Positions 10,494-24,049 of a stretch of 64,000 nucleotides of DNA are shown piece by piece (position 1 is the first letter of the stretch; every line of letters starts with the position of its first letter). A model generated the notes under the pieces. The model saw only the letters and a list, made by a program, of their open reading frames with translations. It was not told where the DNA came from and made no database searches. Location: assembly GCA_026770705.1 (NCBI GenBank), contig JANJGN010000838.1, forward strand, positions 62,001-126,000, read 5' to 3'. The translations under genes were made by a program, and so were the position numbers. Source of the stretch: Isurus oxyrinchus (taxonomy: Eukaryota).

Positions 10494-13281
10494 CTTGAGA
10501 GTGAGAAGTGGATGGAATATCTGGGAGTGGACGATGATCGGGAAATCTACTTCCTCTTGTCACTTTCCCAAGGTAATATCATCATCAGCTCAGACAGAAT
10601 TATGTTTAACAGTCTTTGTAAAAGATCATTCTTATCTCTTAATCTCTGAAACCTCCTGCAACTCAACCAAACAACTTCCCAGATCTCTGTGTTACTGCAA
10701 TTCCGGCCTCTTGACCATCCCTCGATTCCCATCACTCCAATACTGGCGGCCGTGCCTTCAGCTGCCTGGGGCCTGAGCTCTGGAATTCACTCCCTAAACC
10801 TCGGGGATGGGGGAGCTCAGAGGGTTTCATTTTACTGAGAATCACCACGACCACATCACAGCTGCAGTCAGAATAGACAGAGAGTCCAGCCCTCACTCTT
10901 CCTGCACAGTTTCACCATAGCAACCACAATATGGAAATTTAAAAATACTGAAAGTTAAACCGAAGCCAAGCCAGTCAGTTTAGAGAGATGAGATGTTTAC
11001 ACAGTTTCTCTGTGTATCTTGTAGACACTGTGTTGGGTGGAAGACTGGCTTCACTAAACAGGGTCCTGAGGACCATGAGCCAATGTAGAATGAACTTGTC
11101 CACTCCTGTGTCCAGGATTCTCTTCCATCCATTATGAAACCTTGGGGAGTTCCTTGTGTGTCCTGTAGATGGTCCACACTGCAGCTACTGTGCCCCAGTG
11201 ATGGAGGGAGTGGATATCGAGTCTAGTGGATCTACAAACCTTCCAGAGTTAAATATTGACATTTCTCTCCCCAGTTGGACTGTCACAAGAGTGGAAAGGC
11301 GACACTCCACGAGAGGTGGCAGCGCAGGAAGGTTCCTGTGTACAGATTCCATGTCATTACAGTTAATCATCACATTTCGTAGGGAGATCACGTGTCGGAA
11401 TCTGGTTGAAAGGAATAGATGGGAACCCTACAGCCTAAATGGTCTATAGCCTTTCACTCCGAGGGTCACAGTCACAGGGATCAAAGATTCCGCCATCGTA
11501 CCCGGCTGTCTGGAGACCTGAAAGATGGCGACTGTTCCCTGATTATAAACAACATCAGACGGAAAGATGCAGGACCTTATTTTTTTCAGAATAGAATTTG
11601 ACAGCAGGAAGAGTTACAGCTACTATCCTGTAACCCAGCTTCACGTTTCTGGTAAGTGCTGTGTTATAATTACTCAACAATTCACATTCAACACTCAATG
11701 GAAATAACACAAACTGTGACGTTTACATATTAACACAAAACACAGCTTATTATAACACACTGTCTGATTCTCAATAACCTGGTGATAGCTTCCAGTTCAG
11801 TCCTAAAGCAACCTCTAATACTCACTTTAATATCAATGATGAAAAGCATTAACTGTATTCTCAGGTTACCACACCCATCAATCTCTCCTGTCCTGTTTAA
11901 AAGTCTGACGTATCGATAAAAGAAAGATGTGCATTTCTGCAGCGCAATTTACCACCTCAGGAGGATCCAAATCCCTTCACAGCCAATGAAATTATTCCTG
12001 AATTGTAGTCACAGATGTTAAACACAGCAGTCAGTTTGTGCACAGCAAGATCCAACAAACCACAATGTAATAAATCACCCAGATCACTGAGGAAATGAGA
12101 AGCCAGTGAACTCAAACCTCTGGTCTGATGAAGAGTCATACGGACTCGAAACGTTAACCCTGTCTTCCTCTCCACTGATACTGTCAGACCTGCTGAGTCT
12201 TTCCAGCAATTTTTGTTTTTGTTTCAGATTTCCAGCATCCGCAGTATTCTGCTTTTAACTCCAATCTCTGGACTGAGCCTCTTCTCTCATCCAGTATTCT
12301 CAATTCACATGTCTCGGAGTGAACGTGTATTAAGCTGAGAGACAGAAACACTACTGCCAAAGAGCAAGAAAATCTTTCCTGATCATTGTAACCTCTCAGT
12401 TCTGATATCATCCTTGTAAAAGTGCTTTCTCTTGTGGGACTGTGATTTCTATTTGAACTGATGCTTCACGTTATATTTGTCTAAAAGGATCCATTCTCTG
12501 TCTGTTAGATTTCACAGATAAACCCACGATATTCCCTGCTGAAATTATTGCAGGAAAGCGTGTGGATGTAAGCTGCACCTTCAACACAACGTGCAATGGA
12601 ACAGCAGCACCTGTCTTAACCTGGGACACTCCCACTGACGTACCTGGATCAGTCTCAAACACTGTAACTCAGCATGGTGTCACTCTGTCCTATACTTCTG
12701 TTCTGACCCTGATCCCATCACTCAAACACCACGGACACAATCTCAGCTGCAGAGTGAGATATCCATCTGTTTCATCGGAGCGGACCCTCGTACTAACTGT
12801 GCAAGGTAATTACATACACCTTTCATTCTACATCAGCACTCCCTCAGCGCAGACCCTCTGACAGTGCAGCCCGTTCTCAGTATCCACATTCTAAGGCCTC
12901 TCTAAGTGCTTCAAAGTCGATAGAAGTTAATTGATCTTTATTTGATTATTGCTGAATGAAGAGACAAGCTGTCTAAACTTTACATCTCGCACACACCATT
13001 CTCCATGGCAACACCTCCACCTGTCAGAGTCCAATTGCCAACCAATCAGCACTCTCTTCCCATTAAGTATAAATTGTTGTTCACTTTCTGTTGATAATCC
13101 TGTGAACGGGCTTCTTGATTCCTGCCATGACATCTGAATGTCCAAATGAACAGAACAAGTTCCAACAATGAGCTGTGGTTGGTGATTCCTCATGTTACAT
13201 CCAGGGACACTGGAGACTATCAGTGTGTGTCAGAGAATGAACATGGAGCAGTGGATGGGTTCATAACCATCAGTGTGGAAC
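10494..13281 (+). pseudogene. Gene B: Siglec-like pseudogene (leader 10494-10572, V 11275-11651, C2 12509-12805, 5'-truncated C2 13129-13281; no TM exon)
   Basis: Leader has a 1-bp deletion (tctac vs tcttac); V exon has TAA at 11364-11366 and further frameshifts including an extra T before the FR motif; last C2 exon lacks its 5' half and acceptor. Confidence 0.85.
12125..12155 (+). ncRNA. Minimal hammerhead-ribozyme-like motif in a Penelope-type terminal fragment
   Basis: CTGATGA-a-GAGTC-atacg-GACTC-GAAA-CGTT; identical copy at 56725-56755. Confidence 0.45.
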
Positions 13282-15719
13282 GTGAGTTACACAGACTTCA
13301 ACATCTCTCTCAGATTTGAACACTACACAAACACCATCGAACATACACACCTAAATAGACACGTGCAGACACACATATATGACCACACACAAAGACACAC
13401 TCACACACAAACACTAACACTCACTCCCTCATGGGTTACCTGACCTCCCTCAGTACTGCATTGGAGGTTGGCCTGAATTCTGGGATTTGTGTTCCCATTC
13501 ATATTTATGGAAGAATATGGAAATTACTATTACAGACACTCAGATGCTTAGAGACACTCACAGATACTCTCTGCGTCTCCAACTCTCTCTCTCCTTTTAA
13601 GAAGCTTCCTGAAACCTAACCCTTTGACGAATCACCAACCCAACTCTTCCTTATCTGATTCTGTGTGATTTTCTTTGTGTATCTGAGAGTAAGAGAGAGT
13701 TGGAGAGGTTTAGGAAGAGAATTCCTGCTGGTGAAAAGCTTACATAATGTTCTCACTATTTCCGTGCACATAATTCCCATTATGTGCAATGCCCCTGTTT
13801 ATAATGATGACTGCCTATGTAAACGTCACGCTGTAGTTACAGCCACCCACCAGTGGTGGCATTGTAGCCCTTAATCCTTGTGTTTCCCAGCTTTCCCAGC
13901 AACTCCACTTCCCAGTTTGCTACACAAGCTGTGAGTTCATCGGAATTCAATTATTTCTCAAACGGTGGATTTGATGTCATTTTATTGAAAACTTCCTCAG
14001 CGCCTCCCTGAAGGGTTTACACTCTCCGGGTGGCAGGAATAGGCTGGATGTTGGGGAGTTCATCTTTTCCCAGAGAGTAGGGATCCTCGGGAATGTGCTG
14101 TCAGTGGGTGTGGTGGTTGCTGTTTCTCTGTCACCTTCAAGAGGGATCTGGAGTGGTTACTGACTGGGGGAGAGATCATGGAAGCGGAGAATGATACAGC
14201 ACAGGAGGAGGCCATTCAGCCCATTGAGCCTGTGCCAGGTCTTTCAATGTGCTATCCCATCAGATCCACTAACCACCACTCCACTTTGCCCCCATCTTCC
14301 TCCTTCAAGTGTTTATCCAATTTCCCTTTTGAAAGTTCCTATTGAATCTACTTCCACCGCCCTTTCAGGCAGCACCTTCCAGATCACAACAACTCATTCT
14401 GTCAAAACAAATTCTCCTCATCTCCCCCTCCAGTTCGTCAATCTGTGTCCCTCTGGTTACCGACCCTCCTGCCCCTTAAATACATCGATACTGTTCACCT
14501 CAACCACTCCCTGTGGGAGCGAGTTCCACATTCTCCCCTCTCTCTGGGTAAAGATTGGAACTGTTTATTAAGCGGGGGGTGTTAGTCCGTGGGGGAGTCC
14601 ATCTCAATCCTGCCCGATTGAGCCAGTGAGCCAGTGTACAAACTCACACCAAGTCCCATTCACCCATCACCTCTGTGCTTACTGATACACACTGGCTCCC
14701 TGTCTGACAGCAGAATTGGAGGAGAGCAGAGATCTCAGAGGTTTTTAGGGTTGGAGGAGGTTACAGTGATAGAGAGTGTAGAGGGGGGATGGTGGGGTAA
14801 GAAATCAATGATGAGAATTTGAAATTTGAGTCATTGCTGGACTGAGAGTTAGTGTAGGTCAGCCAGTGACAGGGCAGCGATCGGCTGAATAGAAAATCAG
14901 GGATAAAAACTGGGGGATGAGGTCTACCCTGATGTTAGGACTCGGATAACAATGCCCTGAAACTTCGTGTCTTTTGCTGATTTTAGTCAGAATTTCCCAT
15001 GAAGACAACACAGCAGCTCCTAGAATAGACAGGCTGTTCAGTGTCACTCTTCCTGTCCATTCTCACCATGCTAGATACTTCAATAAGGGAGCAAGATAAC
15101 TGAAAGAGACAAGGGAGGCAAAGCTGTCTGTGTGTAGAACTGTCAAATATTCTGAGTTATCATAATTGTCTCTGACCTGCTGCAGAGTTTAAATTTCACA
15201 GAACATTAGCACTTTGCAGCTCAGAGAGAGACCATTGACTCACTGCCTGAAAGGGCGGTGGAAGCAGATTCAACAGGAACTTTCAGAAGGGGAACTGGAT
15301 AAATACTTGAAGAGGACATTTTGCAGGGCTGTGGAGGAGAGAGCAGAGGTGAGAGTGGGACTAATTGGACAGATATTTCAAAGGCCCAGCACAGGCTCGA
15401 TGAGCCAAATGGCTTCCTTTTGTTCCCGATCATTCGACAATCTGATAAATTAAGCCCCACATCAATAACTCTTAAGGCTCCAGCTGCAGGGATGGATCTT
15501 TGAGAAGGACAGGGAACAAGAGGTTTCTGATATCATTTTCAATTTTATTGACAATTAGATAACAGTATAGATTTGTTGAATATTTGAGTCTCTAAAGAGT
15601 AGAGGTAATCTGCACTTACGCCCAGATCTTGTGGTAGTAACCTTGTCTGGAGGTGTCTTTAAATGCTCACAGTGATCTGTGGGATTGTCATTCTTGGATG
15701 TTCTCCCTGGTTTCAATTG

Positions 15720-18544
15720 GCATTTTGCCCTTGATGCAACTGGGGAGGTTTTAAACTAACATGGCAGGGGATGGGATCCCGAGAGGAGGTTCAGCAGAGG
15801 GAGATGCACAGCCAAAATTAGAAGAGAGAGCAAGTGAACCTGGAAGGCAGAGAAATTATTGGCCAGTTAAGGCACAAGATAGCGTGGCAAAGTTGGATTG
15901 TATTTATTTTAATGCAAGGAGTCTTGACGAATAAAGCAGATGAGTTGAGGTCACAAATAACACATGGATGTATGATGTCATTGCTGTCACAGAGACATGG
16001 TTGAGAGAGGGGCAGGATTGGCAGCTCAATATTACAGGATACAGGGTCTTCTGGCAAGACAGGGAAGGAGGTAAAAGAGGAGGGGGTATTGCAAGATTGA
16101 TCAAGGAATCAGTTATTGCAGTGAGGAGGGAAGACACCTTAGGGGGCTCCTCAAATGAAGCCATATGGGTAGAAACTAAAAACAAATAAGGAGCAATCAG
16201 CTTGCTGAGAGTGTTCTACAGGCCCAATGACACTCAGAGAAATAGAATTGCAGATACAAAGGCAACATTCAGAGAAGTATAAAAATAATCGGGTTGTAAT
16301 CGTGGGGCTTTTCACCTTCCCCAACAATAACTGGGTTAGTCATAGTGTGATAGTTTTAGAGGGGGCAGAATTGTTAAAATGCATCCAGGAGAGATTTTTA
16401 AGCCAGTACATAGAAGATCCTACAAGAGAGGGGTCGGTCCTGGAGTAAATTTTAAGGAATGTAACCAGGCAAGTGGTAGACGTATCAGTGGGGGAGCATT
16501 GTGCAGATAGTGATCATCATTCCATTAGATTCTAGGTTGTTATGGAAAAGAACAAGGATGGGCCAGAAATCTGAGTTCTCAATTGGGGAAAGGCTGATTT
16601 TAATAAGATCAAATATGATTTGGCCAGAGTGGAACTGGGAGCAGCTACCTTTAGGGAAATCTGCGTCAGAGCAATGGGACTCATTCAAGAAGGAAGTGGG
16701 GAGAGTACAGGGCCAACATATTCCAGTAAAGGCAAAGGGTGGGACCAACAAATGCAGGGAATCCTGGATGTCGAGAGATTTACAGGATTGGATAAAGAGA
16801 AAAAGGGAGGCTTATGGCAGATACCGAGGGCTCAAAACAGTGGAAGCCTTAGAAGAGTATAGAATGTGTAGGGGGGACCTTAAAAAGAAAATTAGTAGAG
16901 CAAAAAGGGGGCATGAAGAAACATTAGCAGGAAAAATGAAGGAAAATCCAAAGTTATTTTACAAGTACATTAAGAGTAAGAGGATAACTAGGGAAAGATT
17001 AAGGCCCATTAAGGACCATATTGGTAGTTTGTGTGTGGAGCCGGAAGACGTAGGTAGGGTTCTAAATGAACACTTTGTGTCAGTGTTCACAAGTGAGAGG
17101 GGCAATGAGGGTTTGGAAATCAGGCAGAAGGACTGTGATATAGTTAAAGAAATTAGAATAGAAAGGAACGAGGTTCTAAGTGGTCTGGCAGTCTCAAACG
17201 TAGATATATCTGCAGGCCCGGATGAAATGTATCTCAGGCTGTTGAGTGAGGCAAAGGAGGAGATAGCAGGGGTGCTGGCAATAATTTTCAATACATCTCT
17301 GGCCAGAGGAGAGGTACCAGAGGACTGGAGGACAGCCAATGTGGTACCGTTATTCAAGAAGGGAGGAAGGGATAAACCAGGGAACAACAGGCCAGTCAGT
17401 CTAACCTCAGTGGTGGGGAAACCATTGGAAGCAATTCTGAGGGACAGAATTAATCTACACTTGGAGAGGCAGGGATTAATCAAGGACAGTCAGCATGGTC
17501 TTGTTAAGGGGAGGTCATGTCTGACCAGTTTGATTGAATTTTTTGAAGAGGTGACCAATTGTGTAGATGAGGGCAATGAATTTGACATAGTCAACTTGGA
17601 CTTCAGCAAGGCTTTTGATAAGGTCCCGCATGGGAGACTGTAAACGAAAGTAAGAGCCCATGGGATCCGGGAATTTGGCAAATTGGATCAAGAATTGGCT
17701 GAGTGCCAGGAAGTAGAGGGTGATGGTCGAGGGGTGTTTTTGTGACTGGATGCCTGTGTCCAGTGGGGTTCCACAGGGATCGGTGCTGGGTCCCTTGCTG
17801 TTTGTGGTATATATAAACGGTCTAAACTTGAATGTAGGAAGGTTGATCAGTGAGTTCGCGGATGATATGGAAATTGATGGGGGGGTAAATAATGAGGAGG
17901 ATAGCCTTAGATGACAGGGGGATATAGACGGGCTGGTCAGATGGGCTGATCAGTGCCAAAGGGAATTTAACCTGGATAAGTGTGAGGTGATGCACTTGGG
18001 CAGGATAAACAAGGCACAGGAATAGACAATGAATGGTAGGACCCTGGAAAGTAACAAGGATCAGAGGGACCTTGGTGTGCATGTCCACCGTTCCCTTAAA
18101 GTTGTGGGACAGGTGGATAAGGTGGTTAAGAAGGCATATGGAATACTTGCCTTTATTAGCCGAGAGATAGAATATAAGAGCAGGGAGGTTATGCTGGAAC
18201 TGTATAGAACACTGGTTAGGCCACAGCTAGAATATTGCGTGCAGTTCTGGAACCCACATTATAGGAAGAATGTGATTGCCCTAGAGAGGGTGCAGAGGAG
18301 ATTTACCAGGATGTTGCATAGATTGAATCTGGAACTCACTGCCTGAAAGGGTGGGAGAGGCAGAAACCCTCATAACATTTAAGAAGTATTTGGATGTGCA
18401 CTTGTGATGCCATCGCATACAAGGCTTTGGGCCCAGTGCATTAATGGGATTAGAATAATTAGGTACTTGTTTGACCGACGCAGATTCGATGGGCCAAAGG
18501 GCCTTTTACTGTGCTGTAGAACCCTGTGAATCTATGACTCTATG
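15720..18544 (+). mobile_element. CR1-type LINE, near-complete degenerate ORF2 (APE endonuclease + RT) and 3' tail
   Basis: YDVIAVTETWL; PEDWRTANVVPLFKKG; LDFSKAFDKVPH; SGVPQGSVLGPLLF; FADD; LVRPQLEYCVQFW; ends in ctatgactctatg. Confidence 0.92.
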
Positions 18545-19069
18545 GGCTGAATTTCCTGCCTGTCGGGGGGGTGGGTCTGAATATTTAAATGAGGCAGGAT
18601 GATGTCAGGGTTTCCTCCTGATGTCATCCCGCATCATCATAGTGTCACTGAGCAGGCCCCGCCCCCTGCTCGCCAACGGGAAAATTCAGCCCGATGACTC
18701 CATGCAACAGGACTGTAAGGTGATTGAGGAGCGGGAATGGATCTGATTTCTCCTTGGTTAGGCCTCACCGCTGATCCTTTGTGTGTAATAACTCCATAGG
18801 TCCCTGGTTCTGAACAGAAACCTTGGAGATGAAGTCCCGTCCTTTCACTGAGGATACCCTCCATTGTGTTGTGTGGCACTACCACCATGCTGGATGAGCA
18901 GGTTATTGTTGAGTCAATGCCTCTTAATGTCGATTACACCTTTATCACTTTGCTTATGATGAAGAGTAAATTGATAAGGTAGTGATTGTCCAGGTTAGAT
19001 TTGTCCTGCTGGATTGGACATACCCCTGAGCAGTTTTTCACATTGCAGGTTCAGCAGGCCCTCCCTTCG

Positions 19070-21277
19070 ATGCTCTGTAAAGGACATTGTCCAAGAGCAG
19101 GCACAGTGGAGTGTCGAGAGTCACAGTCAAAATGTTGTAAGTGATCTCAAAGCCTTGTAAGGACTCTGCCAGCCAACAGCCTGAGATGGACACACATGTG
19201 GACAGTACTGACACCTGCCAATGAGCCCCTCATTTTCTAACCGTGACAGGCTGTCCCCATCATTTCCCACTGCCAAGTTGTTGAAGAATATCCGATCACA
19301 AAGATTCCAGTATGATGCCCTGCCTGTCTTTAGAAATGACTCCCCGGGAGATGCCTTGCTCATCCCAATAAGGTCAAGTTGAATCAGGAGATACTTCAAA
19401 GATGCTTCCTCAGTTTCTGTAGTGTGGAATCTCACCATTCCCTCTTGCAGCTGCTGGCATTTGTATTGTGCTAAATGGACTAGATCAATTGACAAACTTG
19501 CATTCTCCAGCCGGTGTAATGTTGGAGCTCCTTTGAAACTGCCAATGTTGTTGAAACTTTCTGCATATTTCAATGTTACGTCATGAACTGAGGTGAAAGG
19601 GTAGTATGTGAAAGTGGGACAAAAATAAATCCATTGGCTTTTGACCAGACCAGACAATCCTGGCAGTGGGTGGGGCCAGAAAATCCAACCCCTATGGGAG
19701 ATTTTCAGTTTATTTGATGTGCCCAGAGAGATCAATAAAGACAACAATCCATTATTTATTGGCAAGCCACGTCAGGATATGTGTGAGAGGTGGAATATCG
19801 ATCACCGCTCCTAGTCTCGTCGTGTACATCATCGCCATTTCCTGGTTTGTCAGTCACCACATGTCTATGTTCCTGATGGGATACCGGATGGTCATTCTTA
19901 TTGCTTGAAGGTTCCCCGTTGTGTAGGGTCTGTTTGGATCAGCGCACGGCTCTTTGTAGCTGCATCAGCCTTTGCTCTAGTGCCCTGCCGCTGTCAATGG
20001 CCCTTTCTGCCACAAGCCTTGCAGGATTGGTGGAAAGCTGGGCATTTCCTTGGTGCCTGCAGAAGGCCACACCTTCCACACGTCTCACTAGGTTTGGATG
20101 TTCTAGTGAGTGTGTCAACAATTGATGTTGTACTGAGGACCTGTAAGCTTCGTTGACCTGCGAGGATCACTTCGTATTTATGTCCATCCTTGAGTAGCTC
20201 TTCAATGCTATAGGTTTTGGTCTTATCTAGCAGATCTTTCTGGAAGGCCTCCATGGGAGTGGATGCGATCGCCAACTCAACAACTGTGTCTGGAGGCTCT
20301 GTGTTTGAAATCACAGTGCGTACCCTTTTCTCTACATCGGCTGATGAAGTGGTCTATGGATTGTGTAGGCTGATGAAATGACATAAACTCTAGTTGATGA
20401 ATATGGAGTTTAACCTGATTCTGAACCTGTCTTCCAATATCGTCCATATCTATTGGGGATCCTTTCGCTCTTCTGCTGTTAATGCTGATGTGTTCAGCCT
20501 GTGTAGACCTTCATTCCCAATCGCGAGGTGAATTTTTATGGCTTGTTCGTCTGGTTCAGTCACACCTGAATCAGGAAACCAGAGCTCTGTACGCTGTTTA
20601 AACATTCTGAATTCAGATAGTCGGTCAGCTACATCCCAGTTCAAACTGGGGAATTTCGTGGACATTCTGACAATATTCCTTTGACCTTCCTTCTCCTACA
20701 GGACCTGGGATGAGTGTCGCTTTAGCCCCTTTCGTGCGCTTTTCCGAAGCTCCGCCCACGAAGATGGGTTGTGGCAGGAACACACCACGGAGTAATGGAG
20801 TCTTTGTTTTTTATTCAATTTGCTGTTCAGCAATTTCGAAGCCGCCCGTTACAATCACTAACTTCTCTGGGCTGATTTTTATAATGGTTTTTGTGTGCTT
20901 GACTCTCCCTCGCTCACTATCGATCCAGCCCACACCCTGGTCACTCGCCTTCCCTGACTGAGCTAACCCGCTGCTGGTCCTGGCGATACACACTGTCCCA
21001 CTCACTGACCTACAGGCCGTGTGCTGTAATCTCACCACGAGGGATCCGTCTGCTCCCCAGCTCTTTACTTGAGCTCTTTCCCGTCACTGTGTCTTCAAAG
21101 GTTTCCTGAGCAGTCAGTACACTGCGATTTCAACCCTCTCTGATGCTGTGTCTCTGTTGTGGTCTGACCAAAGCGTCGAGGGTCATCTCATGTCATGTAG
21201 CTCGATCTAAGGCTGTTCACCACGTCATACCTGTACTGAATCTTGCTGCCAGAATGTTTGGCCACCGCTGATCACCA
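19070..21277 (-). mobile_element. Gypsy-like LTR retrotransposon internal remnant (gag with Zn knuckles, degenerate start of pol)
   Basis: Minus ORFs FPSLNW..EFRMFKQRTELWF and CGRCG...CPAFHQSCKACGRKGH; PBS-like TGGTGATCAGCGG abutting the LTR. Confidence 0.75.
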
Positions 21278-22782
21278 TGTTGTGTTTTTATAATGATATA
21301 AAGGCACCAGCCACTGATACGGAATTGGGTAAATACATTGTGGGTTCAGTTATTTAGAACAGGGACATGAGAACAGATATACAAGGATAGAAAGCTGGGA
21401 GACACCTGCAGCCAAACTGTGTGAGCTGTGTTCTGCTCACAGGCCAAAGTGAAACTTGGACTGGATGGTGTTACCATCCCAGCTGATGTTACTACTGGGC
21501 AAGTCAGATCCCAGGGTGGAACTCAGCTTGATAGGTCCTAACTTTTATTTTTTATTTAGGAATGTGGAGTGCAGCTACTGAACAGAGTCACAGGAGTCAT
21601 CTGATGAACTTCTAACTAAAGAATAAAACATTTATTAAACTAGGAAAGACAAACTATATTACATTACTCCTTCACCCAGACCTATACCTTTGCAGATTCA
21701 TAAGTAGAACACATGTTACAATAGCTATCTTATACTCTCATGTTCACAATAAGTGCACAGTCGATGTAAACCAATAGACGACCTGTGGTCAGGGACACCA
21801 CATTCAGAAAGAAACTGACAGAACCCACTTGAAACAAATGCTATGTCTCCCTCCTCATCTGTCCCCAGACGTTTGTTACACTGTGGGACCACCAGTCTCA
21901 CTGAACTGAGATATCCATATGAGGGTTTCCAATCTCCACTCTCCAAGAACTCGCTTTGGAATCTTCTCCAACATGACACTTTCACTCAGACACCTTCCAC
22001 AAGGGTCCACTTTCACTGTTTCAAACTCTCCTTCCCATGTTCCTGCCCCTTGGATCGCCACGTGCATTCAGCCTTCCTTCCACGCCCTGTCTCTCCAATG
22101 CTCAGCCGTGTCAATGGAACACCATGGCTTCACATGGCCGTAGTAATGAGTCACCAACCTGTGGTGTCTCCTAGGATCTTCTGGCTTCTCGCAAGCCTAT
22201 TTTGCTTTAGGCCTGTGTCCTGCTGCTTTCTCCCTTTATGCTTGAAGCCTTCTTCTGCTCCTCACTCTTAACTTCACTTAACAGGGCCTTTTCCAGATTT
22301 GACAAGAAGGTCTTCTTGGGCCCTTTCTCCTGTTCCACTCGATGGTTTTGGCTTCTTCTTTACTTTGGGACTGACTATCTGTCCCAATCCTTTGCTGCTT
22401 CTCCTGGCAACTCCTTTCAACAGAACTGAAAGTATTTTTCTGTTTTTCTCGGTCTCTGTGTGTCCCTCCCTCTGCATCACTGTTGCTAGGCAACAGCACA
22501 GTTTATTCTACCTTGTGTTTGTTTTGACTTCCCTTCAAGAGTCATAAAAACTCATTAGATAGGTGGCTTCTTCCAAAGTGAAACCAAAACTCAAGTTCCC
22601 CCTTTTCAAAACACCCAAATACAGAAATACAAACTAAACTTCAACTTACAGATATACGTTATGCCTAACACACACAAATACACAGAGAACTTCCTTAAGC
22701 CAAGCCCAGTTCTGAAAAATCACATGACACACTTCCCCTCGAGTGATGTCATGCTGCTGTCCCTGAAAGGCATATTACAACA
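21278..22782 (-). mobile_element. 5' LTR of the Gypsy-like element, with a probable nested LTR-like insert (~21487-22698)
   Basis: tgttgt...acaaca termini; PBS-like sequence adjacent at 21262-21277; nested boundaries approximate. Confidence 0.5.
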
Positions 22783-23408
22783 GTGTTATCACTTGGCAGG
22801 TGATGTGTGCCAGGCAGACCAAGTCCCTGAGAGAAAGGTGGTCACACGATCATAATGATTCTTGATTTTTTTATTTATTATGAGATGTGTGCACTGAATT
22901 CAGAAGCAATAAGTCCACCAAGATCTTTTGAGATTTAAAAAAATAAATTAAAATATTTATCATCAAAATAAAAGATTTTAAGCACAGACGTAAGACTACA
23001 ATGACTGCTATAATAACTCCTAAAATTCCTAATTAACCTGACTCCCAGTTACACTCCCTTTAAGGCAACAGACCAAAAATAGATGTTAGATTTGAAACAA
23101 ACTCAGCAAGTTAACACAATGCCCTGGACAATGGAATTCCAAATGGATTTTCCCCAACTTCAGTTCTGTTGGATAGCAGGCTTGTGCACAAACAGGGTCC
23201 TGAGGACCATGAGCCAATGTAGAATGAACTTGTCCACTCCTGTTTCCAGGATTCACTTCCATCTATTGTGATACCTTGGGGAGTTCATTGTGTGTCCTGT
23301 AGCTGGTCCACACTGCAGCCACTGTGCCCCAGTGAAGGAGGGGGTGGATATCGAGTCTAGTGGATTGACAAAACACACAGAGTTAAATATTGATATTTCT
23401 CTCCCCAG

Positions 23409-23795
23409 TTGGATTGTCACAAGAGTGGAAAGGCAACACTCCACGATTTGTGACAGCACAGGAAGGTTCGTGTGTACAGATTCCATGTAATTACAGTTAT
23501 CCAGCACGTTTAGTAGGGAGAGCACGTGTCGGAATCTGGTATGTGATATGGTACACATGGAATACATGGAATACAAGGTCTAGAGGGATCATAGCATTTC
23601 ACTCCAAGAATCACATTCGCGAGTTAACATGGTTCCACCATCGGACCCGGCTGTCTGGAGACCTGAAAGATGGCGACTGTTCCCTGATTATAAACAACAT
23701 CAGATGGGAAGATGCAGGATATTATTATTTCAGAATAGAATTTGACGGCAACAATAGTTACAGCTACTATCCTGAAACCCAGCTTCATGTTTCTG
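23409..23795 (+). CDS. Gene C, Siglec V-set exon 1 (intact; sialic-acid-binding Arg present)
   Basis: ctccccag|TT...TCT G|gtaagt, 387 nt; W at domain start, GSCVQIPC, DCSL, DAGYYYFRIE (Arg codon 23732-23734). Confidence 0.92.
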
Positions 23796-24049
23796 GTAAG
23801 TGCTGTGTTATAATTACTCAACAATTCACATCCAACACTCAATGGGAAATAATAGTGTCTGATTTGCTTGTTTTTTGGCCGTGTTAACCAGCGTCAATAT
23901 TTTTAATGATTTGTCTATTTCTGCTCCCAGATCCATGAGCTTATTGTGTGTGATTGAATCCACATCATAGCTGTAAAGTAAACCGAGCTGAGGGGTGATG
24001 ACACCTGCCCCCTGAGTGAAGTGTCTCCTCCCCACTACACCTTCCACCC

